A DNA stretch of 32,000 nt, taken from positions 11,386-43,385 of the forward strand of contig JAZPYX010000030.1 of assembly GCA_045544395.1 (NCBI GenBank), read 5' to 3'. Under the pieces are notes generated by a model. The model had not been told where the DNA came from, searched no databases, and was given only the letters and a program-made list of their open reading frames with translations. Numbering within the stretch: the first letter of the stretch is position 1; each line of letters opens with the position of its first letter. Source of the stretch: Clostridia bacterium. GTDB taxonomy: Bacteria > Bacillota > Clostridia > UMGS1883. The position numbers and the translations under genes were made by a program. Below, piece after piece: positions 1 through 8,221 of this stretch.

Positions 1-40
1 CACCTATTGCTGATGCAGCACGTACAATAGCTTCTGTCAT
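1..40 (-). CDS. atpE: ATP synthase F0 subunit c, N-terminal fragment (continues beyond the left edge)
   Basis: Minus-strand ATG at 38-40 with GGAGGT at 54-59. Thirteen codons (MTEAIVRAASAIG) precede the window edge. It lies directly downstream of atpB, as in the conserved atpI-atpB-atpE order. Too short for motif confirmation. Confidence 0.5.
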   Translation of the reverse strand, partial: MTEAIVRAASAIG

Positions 41-81
41 TTCCATAATAAATACCTCCAAAAATATATAAATTAAAATTA

Positions 82-813
82 TTATGCTTCGTTAGCACTT
101 CCGACATAGACCATTGTCAGCATTGAAATGATGTATGCCTGAAGAAAGCTTGTGAAAACATCAAAGTAGATTGAGAGCAGTGCGGGAAGACCTGCCTGCA
201 AAAATGGGATAGAGCCTATCACCGGAATCCATCCGAGAAGCATCTGGCTAAGTGCCGCCAACGCTCCGTAAATAAGGGTTGTTATTACGATACCCGAAGC
301 AATGTTTCCGAAGTGACGGAAAGCCATTGAAATCGGATTTGCAATTTCACTTATAATATTAAGCGGTGTGAGGAAAAATACAGGCTCCGTAAAACCTTTG
401 AGCCAACCGCCAACACCTTTGTTTTTTATGTTATAGAACTGAATGAGGAAAAATGCAATAAGTGCAAAACCAACCGTTGTATTAAGATCGCCAGTTGGTG
501 CACGAAGTCCTGTAAGTCCTGAAAGGCTGCTTAATATTGAGTATGAGAAAAGAGCACCGATGTAGGGAAGAAAATGCATATTGTTCTTTCCCATAGTTGT
601 TTCTACAAGGTTAGAAAGCATTGTAACCAGCTTTTCTGCAATAATCTGTCTTTTAGAAGGGTTTCTGACAGATAAATTTCGTCCCAGAATAAAGCAGACG
701 ATAGTTATTACAGCCATTACAATCCAGCCGTTAACTATTGTTTCTGTTATTTCTATCCCTCCAAGAAAAGGAATAGTAAATATTACCTTTGGTCCTGTAA
801 CAGATACATTCAA
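82..813 (-). CDS. atpB: F0F1 ATP synthase subunit a
   Basis: 243-aa polytopic membrane ORF. Carries the subunit-a signature region ANPISMAFRHFGNIASG, with the essential Arg in the R-x-FGN motif. Overlaps the upstream atpI-like gene by 4 nt. Confidence 0.9.
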   Translation of the reverse strand: MNVSVTGPKVIFTIPFLGGIEITETIVNGWIVMAVITIVCFILGRNLSVRNPSKRQIIAEKLVTMLSNLVETTMGKNNMHFLPYIGALFSYSILSSLSGLTGLRAPTGDLNTTVGFALIAFFLIQFYNIKNKGVGGWLKGFTEPVFFLTPLNIISEIANPISMAFRHFGNIASGIVITTLIYGALAALSQMLLGWIPVIGSIPFLQAGLPALLSIYFDVFTSFLQAYIISMLTMVYVGSANEA

Positions 814-1208
814 GAAATCTCACTTCCTTTACTTTTGCGTGAATTGATGAAACCGACTATATGCACTGCAATCCGGTTGAAAAGAAGTGGAATAATAGCC
901 GCCCAAAAATGTATAAAATCAATTTTTACTGCTATAATTATTGCTATAGCGGTGAGAAGCAGGCGGGAATTGTAACTTATTGCCATATGTGCTTTTGCTT
1001 TGCCTTCACCTTTACTGATGCTTTTCTTTACAGAATATGCAAGGTACAGAAAGTTAAGTGATGTGAATGTGCATCCATATAATACCCCTATCAGTACACC
1101 TAAACGGAAAGATAAAAATATACAAAAAATAATAAATTCCAAAAGACCTAACAAAAAAACAACAATGCTGAATTTTAAGGCTTCTTTATAAACAGAACTA
1201 TTTTCCAT
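810..1208 (-). CDS. atpI: ATP synthase protein I (AtpI-like small membrane protein)
   Basis: 132-aa ORF with about four hydrophobic helices and a basic tail. Lies immediately upstream of atpB and overlaps both neighbours. Confidence 0.7.
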   Translation of the reverse strand: MENSSVYKEALKFSIVVFLLGLLEFIIFCIFLSFRLGVLIGVLYGCTFTSLNFLYLAYSVKKSISKGEGKAKAHMAISYNSRLLLTAIAIIIAVKIDFIHFWAAIIPLLFNRIAVHIVGFINSRKSKGSEIS

Positions 1209-1431
1209 CCTTTTTCTCCTTTCCGGATAGCTTTTGGATATACTTTATAAATGACATTACGGCACTTCCGGTACCAAGAATTATTCCTGCAACCATAATT
1301 CCGTTGCCCAGAGAAAACATACTTTTAATCCATGAAGCAATAAATATCCACAACAGAAACGAAATGACAACATTCAGTCCAAGCTGTGTGATGTTTCCCA
1401 ATGCTTCAAACAGTGCTTTGTTGTTTTTCAT
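1198..1431 (-). CDS. AtpZ/AtpI-family small membrane protein preceding the atp operon
   Basis: 77-aa ORF with two TM helices (LGLNVVISFLLWIFIASWI and MVAGIILGTGSAVMSFI) and a lysine-rich tail. Its position ahead of atpI is typical of Firmicutes. Its start is 1 nt from the stop of the epimerase gene. Confidence 0.6.
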   Translation of the reverse strand: MKNNKALFEALGNITQLGLNVVISFLLWIFIASWIKSMFSLGNGIMVAGIILGTGSAVMSFIKYIQKLSGKEKKDGK

Positions 1432-1432
1432 A

Positions 1433-2572
1433 TCACTGCCACTCTACGGGACGGCAGCTTGTTATACCAAAATGGTAAAGTATTGCATCAGCAATTCTTC
1501 GTGACGCATTACCGTCACCGTAAGGGTTAACTGCAACACTCATTTTATGGTATTCGTTTTCATCAGTAAGAAGCTGTGATGCAAGTGAATAGATAATATC
1601 TTCTTCTGTACCCGCAATTTTAACGGTGCCTGCTTCAGCTGCTTCGGGACGCTCTGTCTCGCCACGGAGTACAAGAACAGGCTTGCCAAGGGCAGGTGCT
1701 TCTTCCTGAAGTCCGCCGGAGTCTGTAAGAATAAGGTGAGCCTTATTCATTGCGTTATGCATAACGTCAACGTCAAGTGGGTCAACAAGATGAACTCTCG
1801 GAATGTTTCCGAGAATAGAAAATACTGTTTCACGTACAGCGGGATTAAGATGAACGGGATACACCACTTCAACATCAGGGAAATCGCGAACGAGACGCTG
1901 AACAGCCTTGCAGATATTTTCAAGGGGTGTACCAAGGTTCTCTCTTCTGTGAGCAGTCATAAAGATAATCCTTTTTGACATATCAATTCCTTCAAGAGGT
2001 GTTCCGTCAAAAGAGAAGTCTTTCTTAATAGTTGTTTTAAACGCATCAATAACAGTATTTCCCGTTACAAATATGCTGTCAGGGTTAATACCTTCATTTA
2101 TAAGGTTTGCCCGATTATTTAATGTTGGGGAGAAATGAAGGTCAGATATAACGCCTGTAAGACGACGGTTCATTTCTTCAGGGAAGGGAAAATATTTGTC
2201 ATAAGTACGAAGACCTGCTTCAACATGACCTACCTTAACCTGATTGTAATATGCTGCAAGGCTACCTGCAAAAGTAGTTGACGTATCACCGTGCACAAGA
2301 ACCAGGTCCGGCTTTTCCTGCCTGAAAACCTCTTCAAGACCGGTAAGGGCTTTGGTAGTAATTCCTGCAAGAGTCTGCCTTTCTGTCATAATGTTAAGGT
2401 CGAAATCAGGTGTTATCTGGAAAAGATTAAGCACCATATCAAGCATTTCTCTGTGTTGTGCGGTAACACATACCTTACAGTCAATAGATGGACGTGACTG
2501 AAGCTCATAAATAAGGGGTGCCATTTTAATGGCCTCAGGCCGCGTTCCGAATACTGTGAAAACTTTAATCAT
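1433..2572 (-). CDS. wecB: UDP-N-acetylglucosamine 2-epimerase (non-hydrolysing, WecB/MnaA family)
   Basis: Carries the family hallmarks VFGTRPEAIKMAP, HVEAGLRT and TDSGGLQEEAP. I prefer the internal ATG at 2572 (MIKVFTVFG, with GGAG 6 nt upstream) to the ORF-track start at 2584. Confidence 0.9.
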   Translation of the reverse strand: MIKVFTVFGTRPEAIKMAPLIYELQSRPSIDCKVCVTAQHREMLDMVLNLFQITPDFDLNIMTERQTLAGITTKALTGLEEVFRQEKPDLVLVHGDTSTTFAGSLAAYYNQVKVGHVEAGLRTYDKYFPFPEEMNRRLTGVISDLHFSPTLNNRANLINEGINPDSIFVTGNTVIDAFKTTIKKDFSFDGTPLEGIDMSKRIIFMTAHRRENLGTPLENICKAVQRLVRDFPDVEVVYPVHLNPAVRETVFSILGNIPRVHLVDPLDVDVMHNAMNKAHLILTDSGGLQEEAPALGKPVLVLRGETERPEAAEAGTVKIAGTEEDIIYSLASQLLTDENEYHKMSVAVNPYGDGNASRRIADAILYHFGITSCRPVEWQ

Positions 2573-2607
2573 AATAAACTCCATTCTGTCGCTTAAAGTG
2601 CGACTGC

Positions 2608-3645
2608 TTATTTATCAGAAAGTGATTCTATAATTTTGGGTGTAAATTTTAAAAACAGTATAAGACCGAGAATTACGGCAACAAATACCCACCAGGATAC
2701 TGCACCCGTAGCAATAAGGACAATTGCACCGAGGCAGAGAACTATGCATAAAAGATATATTATAAGAACAGCTTGCTTTTGTGAAAATCCTGCATCAACA
2801 AGCCTGTGATGAAGATGCCCTCTGTCAGGGGACATAATAGGCTGATGGTTTTTCACTCTTCTGAGAATAGCAGAAAGTGTATCAAAAATAGGCAGTCCCA
2901 GGATAAGTATTGGAGTCGCTATGCTTATGATGGCATAGCCTTTAAAAAGTCCCTGTACAGAAATCGTACTAAGGATAAAGCCCAAGAACAGTGCACCTGT
3001 ATCGCCCATAAAAAGCTTTGCCGGATTGAAGTTATAAGGTAAAAATCCGAAGCAGGCACCTGCCAGTGCACTTGTTATGAAAGCAACTTCTCCTTCGCCA
3101 ACGATAATGGCAATGACAAGAAGCGTCAGTGCTGAAATAGAGGATACACCACAAGCAAGTCCGTCAAGACCGTCCAGAAGGTTAACTGCGTTTGTTATAC
3201 CCACAATCCAAAGAACCGTAAGGGGAATAGCAAACCAACCAAGACCAATGTATCCGTATTCAGAGAGGATTGAAGGAACTTTTATAAACTCAATCCTTAC
3301 ACCTGCAAGAACAGGACACAGTGCGGCAACAATCTGAAAAACTAACTTCAATTTAGCACTGAGGGCATAGATATCGTCAAATACGCCAAGAATTACAATA
3401 ATGCTGCAACCAATAAGCATTCCGATTATTTCCCTGTTAAGGTCAGCAAAAATGATGGCACTTATTACAAAACCCAAAAAGATTGCAAGACCGCCGAGAC
3501 GGGCAGTTGGTTTTTTGTGCATGCGGCGATTGTCCTTGGGAACATCCACTGCACCGATTTTGAATGCAAGATTTTTTACAAAGGGGGTAGTGATAAATGT
3601 GACTATGAATGCCACAATAAAGGCGACTAATAAACTCTTATGCAT
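2608..3645 (-). CDS. tagO: MraY/WecA-family polyprenyl-phosphate HexNAc-1-phosphate transferase (TagO-like)
   Basis: 345-aa protein with about 10-11 TM helices. Motifs GVFDDIYALS, NAVNLLDGLDGLA, FMGDTGALFLGF and HLHHRL. GAGGTA RBS. Only 23 nt from each neighbouring gene. Confidence 0.8.
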   Translation of the reverse strand: MHKSLLVAFIVAFIVTFITTPFVKNLAFKIGAVDVPKDNRRMHKKPTARLGGLAIFLGFVISAIIFADLNREIIGMLIGCSIIVILGVFDDIYALSAKLKLVFQIVAALCPVLAGVRIEFIKVPSILSEYGYIGLGWFAIPLTVLWIVGITNAVNLLDGLDGLACGVSSISALTLLVIAIIVGEGEVAFITSALAGACFGFLPYNFNPAKLFMGDTGALFLGFILSTISVQGLFKGYAIISIATPILILGLPIFDTLSAILRRVKNHQPIMSPDRGHLHHRLVDAGFSQKQAVLIIYLLCIVLCLGAIVLIATGAVSWWVFVAVILGLILFLKFTPKIIESLSDK

Positions 3646-3668
3646 AACAGATTACCTCACAATCGGTT

Positions 3669-4673
3669 TTATAAAACAAATCCGACTTTCTTTTTAACTT
3701 TTGAAATGGTACGTCTCGCAATAGAATTTGCAATTTCTGCACCGTTTTTATATACGTTTTCAAGATAATCCTTGTTTTTCATCAGGTCATTGTATTTGTC
3801 CTGAATGGGACGTAAATGCTCTGCCACAGCTTCACCGACGGTAAGCTTAAAGTCCCCGTAACCTTTACCTGAAAATTCCGCTACTGCCTCATCAACTGTT
3901 TTGCCTGTTACGGAAGCATAAATTGTAAGAAGGTTATTTACGCCATCCTTTCCTTCACGGTAGCAAATCTCCGCCTCGGAATCTGTAACGGCACGCTTAA
4001 GCTTACGGATAATATCTTCGGGCTTATCAAGAAGAAATATGCAGCCATTAGGATTGGGGTCGCTTTTTGACATTTTTGCCGTAGGCGTCTGAAGACTCAT
4101 AATCTTTGCACCTGCGTTTTTATTCGGGATATATCCTTCCGGAATTACAAATGTATCCGAGTAAAGGGTATTAAAGCGGTGAGCAATATCTCTTGCAAGC
4201 TCAAGATGCTGCTTCTGGTCTGCACCTACGGGAACAAGGTCAGTCTGATAAAGAAGGATGTCTGCAGCCATAAGCACCGGGTAAGTATAAAGACCTGCGT
4301 TGATGTTTTCGGGATGCTTTTGTGATTTATCCTTGAACTGCGTCATACGGTTAAGCTCACCCATCTGGGTGAAGCAGTTAAGAATCCAACTGAGCTCTGC
4401 GTGTGCAGGCACATGGCTTTGTATAAACATAATGTTTTTTTCTGCATCAAGTCCGCAGGCTATATATTGTGCAAGCAGCGAAATTGTGTTCTTACGAAGC
4501 TGTGCTGCTTCCTGTCTTACTGTAATTGCGTGCATATCAACTACGCTGAAAATGCAACTGTATTCATCCTGAAGATGGGTCCAGTGCTTAAGGGCACCAA
4601 GGTAATTTCCCAGTGTTACAGAATCGCTTGAAGGCTGAATCCCTGAAAATATAACTTTTTTATCGTTAATCAT
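3669..4673 (-). CDS. trpS: tryptophan--tRNA ligase
   Basis: 334-aa class I aaRS. N-terminal GIQPS...TLGNYLG is the HIGH-equivalent, and KMSKS is present verbatim (TAKMSKSDP). AGGAG RBS ahead of the ATG. Confidence 0.95.
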   Translation of the reverse strand: MINDKKVIFSGIQPSSDSVTLGNYLGALKHWTHLQDEYSCIFSVVDMHAITVRQEAAQLRKNTISLLAQYIACGLDAEKNIMFIQSHVPAHAELSWILNCFTQMGELNRMTQFKDKSQKHPENINAGLYTYPVLMAADILLYQTDLVPVGADQKQHLELARDIAHRFNTLYSDTFVIPEGYIPNKNAGAKIMSLQTPTAKMSKSDPNPNGCIFLLDKPEDIIRKLKRAVTDSEAEICYREGKDGVNNLLTIYASVTGKTVDEAVAEFSGKGYGDFKLTVGEAVAEHLRPIQDKYNDLMKNKDYLENVYKNGAEIANSIARRTISKVKKKVGFVL

Positions 4674-4736
4674 ATTATCTCCTCATATTTTTCAATAAAT
4701 AATGGTTTTAGAAAAATTATACAAATTCCTTTCTAT

Positions 4737-4766
4737 ATTCTACCACAAAATATAGTATATTGTAAA
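4737..4766 (-). promoter_or_regulatory. candidate sigma-70-type promoter for trpS and possibly the downstream tagO-wecB-atp string
   Basis: The minus strand reads TTTACA, an 18-nt spacer, then TAGAAT, with TG at the extended -10 position (TGgTAGAAT). It lies about 65 nt upstream of the trpS ATG. Confidence 0.5.
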
Positions 4767-4802
4767 GGATTTTTTAAAAATTCATAAAAGGTTTAAAAAT
4801 AT

Positions 4803-4842
4803 GAAACAAAAGAAAAAAGCTTCGTGAAATTTCGAAGCTTTT
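4803..4842 (-). terminator. rho-independent terminator after the small membrane protein gene
   Basis: On the minus strand, a 10-bp stem (AAAAGCTTCG / CGAAGCTTTT) with an 8-nt loop is followed by TTCTTTTGTTT. It starts 14 nt after the stop at 4856. Confidence 0.75.
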
Positions 4843-4855
4843 AAGAAAAAGGAAA

Positions 4856-5134
4856 TTACTGTTTTTTCTTTTTGTTTTCTGCGGTAAGTGCCATTTCTCC
4901 ACCAAGGTACATGGCCGCAAGTCCGAGAAGGACAAGAATTGACGTAGCATACACAATAACAGGGATATAGTCTTTATAAATGAATTCACATATCATTGCA
5001 GCGGAATCTCCGCCAATGATAAGTGCTGCTACATATCCGAAAAACGAAAGTCCACCGGCAAAAAGAGTTATCATTATACCGTATCCGAAGATTTTCTTGA
5101 GCACGGCAGAAATTTTTTTCATTATATCTTTCAT
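4856..5134 (-). CDS. small (92-aa) membrane protein of unknown function, co-transcribed with the DctM-like permease
   Basis: Two to three hydrophobic helices and a KKKKQ tail. GGAGGT lies 6 nt upstream of the ATG at 5134 (MKDIMKK). The ORF-track start at 5149 would abut the permease stop and has no RBS. Confidence 0.55.
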   Translation of the reverse strand: MKDIMKKISAVLKKIFGYGIMITLFAGGLSFFGYVAALIIGGDSAAMICEFIYKDYIPVIVYATSILVLLGLAAMYLGGEMALTAENKKKKQ

Positions 5135-5149
5135 AACTGTACCTCCCAA

Positions 5150-6508
5150 TTAAAGTCCCAGAATGGGAAGCCATCCCATAAGGCATAATACCTGCATTAC
5201 AAACTGTGCTGCAACCCACCAGAGGTTATTTTTAAACGTTTTGCTGAATTCTGCTTCTGAAAGCGTCATACCTGCATACATACCAAGTCCGAGAGGAGGA
5301 GTAATTCCGCACATTACACCACATATACATGGAAGCATAGCTGCTGCAAGAAGAGGATTAACCCCAACTGTAGCAAGAGTCGATATGAAGGTAGGTCCGA
5401 AAATTACAACTAACGAAGAACCGGGGATTACCATGCCAAGGAAGCATGTCAGGATACATATGAAAAGTACCATTCCGAATTTGCTGAAGTGCATAGATAC
5501 GATAAACGCTTCCATTTCTTCTGCAACATTCATATCTTTAAAGAGAGCACCTACCATATAACCGATAATACATACACCAATTGCAGGTGAAATTGACTTA
5601 ACGCCATTTGCAAACATATCTGCAATTTTAGTAGGAGTAACCATTTTCTTATCCTTTGCTATAAGACAAGCGTACATTGCAGAAATACCCGCAATGAAAA
5701 GAAGCAATGAGCTTGAAAGTGCTTTTGCACCTGCCGCACCGAGACGTGCAGTAAAGAAATTATCTTTGAAAAGATAGTCAAAAAGGAAAGGAAGAAGAAT
5801 TATAACAGGAAGCAAAAGGCCCTGCCAACCTTGCTTAAATACTTCGCCCAGTTTAGGGAGCTGATCCTTTGTCATTGGTTCCACTTTATAGAATTTACAG
5901 AATCCCCATACCATTACAAGACGCTGAATAATAAACCATAAAGATATTCCCCACAGAATAATCCAGAACTGTCCCTGTGAAAGATTATTGTCAGGGTAAA
6001 GTGCAACAAATGCACCCATTGCCGCAACAATATTTGATGACGGGGGAATCATATTTCCAAGATAGCTTGAATTGCTTTCAATATTCCCTGCAAGCTCACG
6101 GGGAAAACCCGACTTAATCATAGCAGGAATTGTAAGTGTTCCTGTTGCCATTACGTTTCCGGGACCGCTTCCTGAAAGTGCACCCATAAAGCTGGATGCA
6201 ATAACAGATACGTAGCCTGCACCGCCTCTTATTCTTCCAAGAAGAGAAAGAATAATTGCAACGCAGCCGTCAATGACCTTTGTTTTTGTAAGAATTATTG
6301 ACATAGCTACAAACGAAGTCATTGAATAAATAAGTGAAGTGGAAAGTCCGGAATCTATGTAACTCCAGATATTTCCCCATGTTCCGCTTACTGTAAGAAG
6401 CACTATGAAACTAAGAAGTATTGCTTCATAAACAGGTCTCTTAAAAAGTGCAAACCACACAATTACAACAAGCAGCAAAATACCTAAATAAAGGAATGCC
6501 TGTGGCAT
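5150..6508 (-). CDS. TRAP-transporter large permease (DctM family)
   Basis: 452-aa polytopic protein. The block LGRIRGGAGYVSVIASSFMGALSGSGPGNVMATGTLTIPAMIKSGFP...GNMIPPSSNIV matches the conserved DctM core (LRGG...SG(S)...IP.M...G(Y/F)...IPPS). GGAGGGG RBS. Confidence 0.75.
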   Translation of the reverse strand: MPQAFLYLGILLLVVIVWFALFKRPVYEAILLSFIVLLTVSGTWGNIWSYIDSGLSTSLIYSMTSFVAMSIILTKTKVIDGCVAIILSLLGRIRGGAGYVSVIASSFMGALSGSGPGNVMATGTLTIPAMIKSGFPRELAGNIESNSSYLGNMIPPSSNIVAAMGAFVALYPDNNLSQGQFWIILWGISLWFIIQRLVMVWGFCKFYKVEPMTKDQLPKLGEVFKQGWQGLLLPVIILLPFLFDYLFKDNFFTARLGAAGAKALSSSLLLFIAGISAMYACLIAKDKKMVTPTKIADMFANGVKSISPAIGVCIIGYMVGALFKDMNVAEEMEAFIVSMHFSKFGMVLFICILTCFLGMVIPGSSLVVIFGPTFISTLATVGVNPLLAAAMLPCICGVMCGITPPLGLGMYAGMTLSEAEFSKTFKNNLWWVAAQFVMQVLCLMGWLPILGL

Positions 6509-6529
6509 ATTAACCCCTCCTATTATTCT

Positions 6530-6565
6530 GGAATGGTTATAAAATCCATTCCTTGATGGTTATAA
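6530..6565. promoter_or_regulatory. dyad plus direct-repeat element between the permease promoter and its RBS (candidate LysR operator or leader hairpin)
   Basis: GGAATGG (6530-6536) and CCATTCC (6546-6552) form a 7-bp inverted repeat with a 9-nt spacer. ATGGTTATAA occurs twice, at 6533-6542 and 6556-6565, 23 nt apart. Confidence 0.45.
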
Positions 6566-6592
6566 TATAACACGGCTAAAAAAATTTGTCAA
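6564..6592 (-). promoter_or_regulatory. candidate promoter of the DctM-like permease operon
   Basis: The minus strand reads TTGACA, a 17-nt spacer, then TATATT, with TGt directly before the -10 hexamer. Confidence 0.6.
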
Positions 6593-6613
6593 TATTAAAT
6601 TTCAAAAAATTTG

Positions 6614-6642
6614 TTGCATAGTGACAGGAAAAATAGTATAAT
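6614..6642 (+). promoter_or_regulatory. candidate promoter of the LysR regulator gene
   Basis: TTGCAT, a 17-nt spacer, then TATAAT. The implied transcript start falls almost on the GAGGTG RBS, so the leader would be very short, which lowers confidence. Confidence 0.4.
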
Positions 6643-6660
6643 TAAGCCGAGGTGAAAAGT

Positions 6661-7554
6661 ATGAACTCACGGCAGATGCAATATGCAGTTATTTTAGCAG
6701 AAACAAGGAATTTTTCCACCGCGGCAGAAAAACTGAATATTTCACAGCCGGCATTCAGCAAGCAGATAATAGCCTTGGAAAATGAATTGGGACTGAAGTT
6801 GTTTGACCGCAGCACAACTCCGCTTTCAATCACTCCTGCAGGTGAATTTTTCATAGAAAAAGCAAGGAACATTCTTTTTGAGGAAGATGTCCTTTTGAAA
6901 ACGGTTGAAAAGTATAAATCAGGGGAAAAGGGAAAAATTGTTATCGGTGCAGTACCTTTCCGTAGCTCATATATGATGCCAGGACTTATTAAATCATTAA
7001 AGGATAAATTCCCGGATTTGCAGGTGGTTTTACTGGAGTACGGACTGCCGGTTCTTGAAAAAGGTCTCCTTGAGGGTGAGTATGATTTTGCAATTATGAA
7101 TCTACCTATAAATAACCAGGAGTTTGAGACAATCCCTCTTTGTGAGGATGAACTTGTGTTAGCTGTTCCCAAGGAATATAAAATATTGATTAAAACTGAC
7201 AAAACAGGTGAAATAAATGACCTTTCAGCAGCAAAAAATATACCTTTTGTAACCGTTGGAAAAGAGCAGGAAATGCGTAAGCTCTTTGATGCTCTGTGTG
7301 CAGAAGCAGGTGTTGAACCCTGTATTTATGCTACTGTTACAGGCGTTGCTACCGCCTGGGAAGTTGCAAAAAGCGGAAGTGCTGCAACCATTATTCCAAA
7401 GCAATTTATTGACGCTAAGGAAGGGAAGGATAAGGTAGAAATTTACAAAATAAAAAACACTCCGTACAAACGTCAGAGTGCCGTTGTTTTAAGGCGTGGA
7501 CAGTATGTGTCGGAATACGCAAAATACGCAATAGAAGAATTAAAGAAACGGTAA
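6661..7554 (+). CDS. LysR-family transcriptional regulator
   Basis: N-terminal wHTH (MQYAVILAETRNFSTAAEKLNISQPAFSKQIIALENELGLKLFDR) followed by a LysR substrate-binding domain of typical length. It is divergent from the permease gene. I prefer the ATG at 6661 (GAGGTG 6 nt upstream) to the GTG at 6652. Confidence 0.9.
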   Translation: MNSRQMQYAVILAETRNFSTAAEKLNISQPAFSKQIIALENELGLKLFDRSTTPLSITPAGEFFIEKARNILFEEDVLLKTVEKYKSGEKGKIVIGAVPFRSSYMMPGLIKSLKDKFPDLQVVLLEYGLPVLEKGLLEGEYDFAIMNLPINNQEFETIPLCEDELVLAVPKEYKILIKTDKTGEINDLSAAKNIPFVTVGKEQEMRKLFDALCAEAGVEPCIYATVTGVATAWEVAKSGSAATIIPKQFIDAKEGKDKVEIYKIKNTPYKRQSAVVLRRGQYVSEYAKYAIEELKKR

Positions 7555-7576
7555 AAGCAATCTGCTTTTACCGTTT
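7546..7576. terminator. bidirectional hairpin terminator between convergent genes
   Basis: A 13-bp perfect stem (AAACGGTAAAAGC / GCTTTTACCGTTT) with a 5-nt loop. The left arm overlaps the LysR stop codon. T-rich sequence follows on both strands. Confidence 0.7.
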
Positions 7577-7586
7577 CTTGTGAAAA

Positions 7587-8162
7587 TTAATTTTCAAATA
7601 ATAATTCGGAGAGCAATTCGCGAGAGGAATTGTTGCTGATTTGTTTAGCAGGAACGCCTGCCCATGTAGTGTTTGGAACGGTAATGGATTTGACAACAAC
7701 AGCTCCTGCACCTAAACATACTCCATCAGCTATAGTTACATCGCCAACGATTTTTACTCCGGGACCGATAAAAACATTGTTGCCGATTTTTGGAGCATCC
7801 GATTTTCCGGAAACGCCAATGTTAACACAGGCATGTATTCTGCAGTTTTCTCCGATAACGGATTTCCCATTTACGATAATTGTGCCGTAATGAGCTATGG
7901 ACAAGCCCTTGCCAAAAACGTTATAAGGCATAGAGAACCCAAGTTTTACAGATAGCTTATGATATTTGAATTTATAGAAAGCGAGCGGTAGTGCATACAA
8001 AATATTGGAACGTTTTTTTGTAGCATAGTAGTCGCATTTGCGCATCGTTTTTTGAAATTTCCATATTTCGTCTCCAAATAGTTTTGAGGATACTGTGGTG
8101 CGCCTGTTTGCTTTGGCATCTTGAGATATATAATCTCTTAACGCTTTTTTTGAAGATATCAT
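7587..8162 (-). CDS. hexapeptide-repeat O-acetyltransferase (serine acetyltransferase / WcaB-like, polysaccharide-associated)
   Basis: 191 aa. An N-terminal helical region is followed by left-handed beta-helix repeats (IGENCRIHACVNIG...IGNNVFIGPGVKIVGDVTIADGVCLGAGAVV) and the tail WAGVPAK. Confidence 0.75.
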   Translation of the reverse strand: MISSKKALRDYISQDAKANRRTTVSSKLFGDEIWKFQKTMRKCDYYATKKRSNILYALPLAFYKFKYHKLSVKLGFSMPYNVFGKGLSIAHYGTIIVNGKSVIGENCRIHACVNIGVSGKSDAPKIGNNVFIGPGVKIVGDVTIADGVCLGAGAVVVKSITVPNTTWAGVPAKQISNNSSRELLSELLFEN

Positions 8163-8221
8163 AAAACAAATCCTTTCACGCCATGATAGCGCTCATTAAA
8201 ATATTATTGTATCTACTTCTT

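Noticed and set aside
1433-3645. Reading wecB, the wecA-like gene and the distant WecF-like, rmlAB, aminotransferase, wzx and wzy genes as an enterobacterial common antigen cluster
   Set aside because: The wecB and tagO-like genes are on the other strand in a core operon with trpS and atp genes. That fits teichoic acid or secondary wall polymer priming. There is no wecC or wecG, and the genome context is Firmicute-like. Only the Fuc4NAc-type chemistry is shared.
4674-4802. Possible T-box riboswitch upstream of trpS
   Set aside because: The region between the upstream terminator and the ATG is only about 130 nt and AT-rich. It contains a good promoter about 65 nt from the start codon. It has no T-box consensus-like sequence or antiterminator/terminator pair.
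4856-5149. 97-aa version of the small membrane protein starting MGGTVMKD
   Set aside because: That start abuts the permease stop and has no RBS. The GGAGGT it would translate through is correctly spaced for the ATG at 5134.
6642-7202. 186-aa minus-strand ORF antisense to the LysR gene
   Set aside because: It is a Ser/Ile-rich low-complexity translation with no RBS. It lies entirely within a well-supported LysR coding region, so it is a typical shadow ORF.
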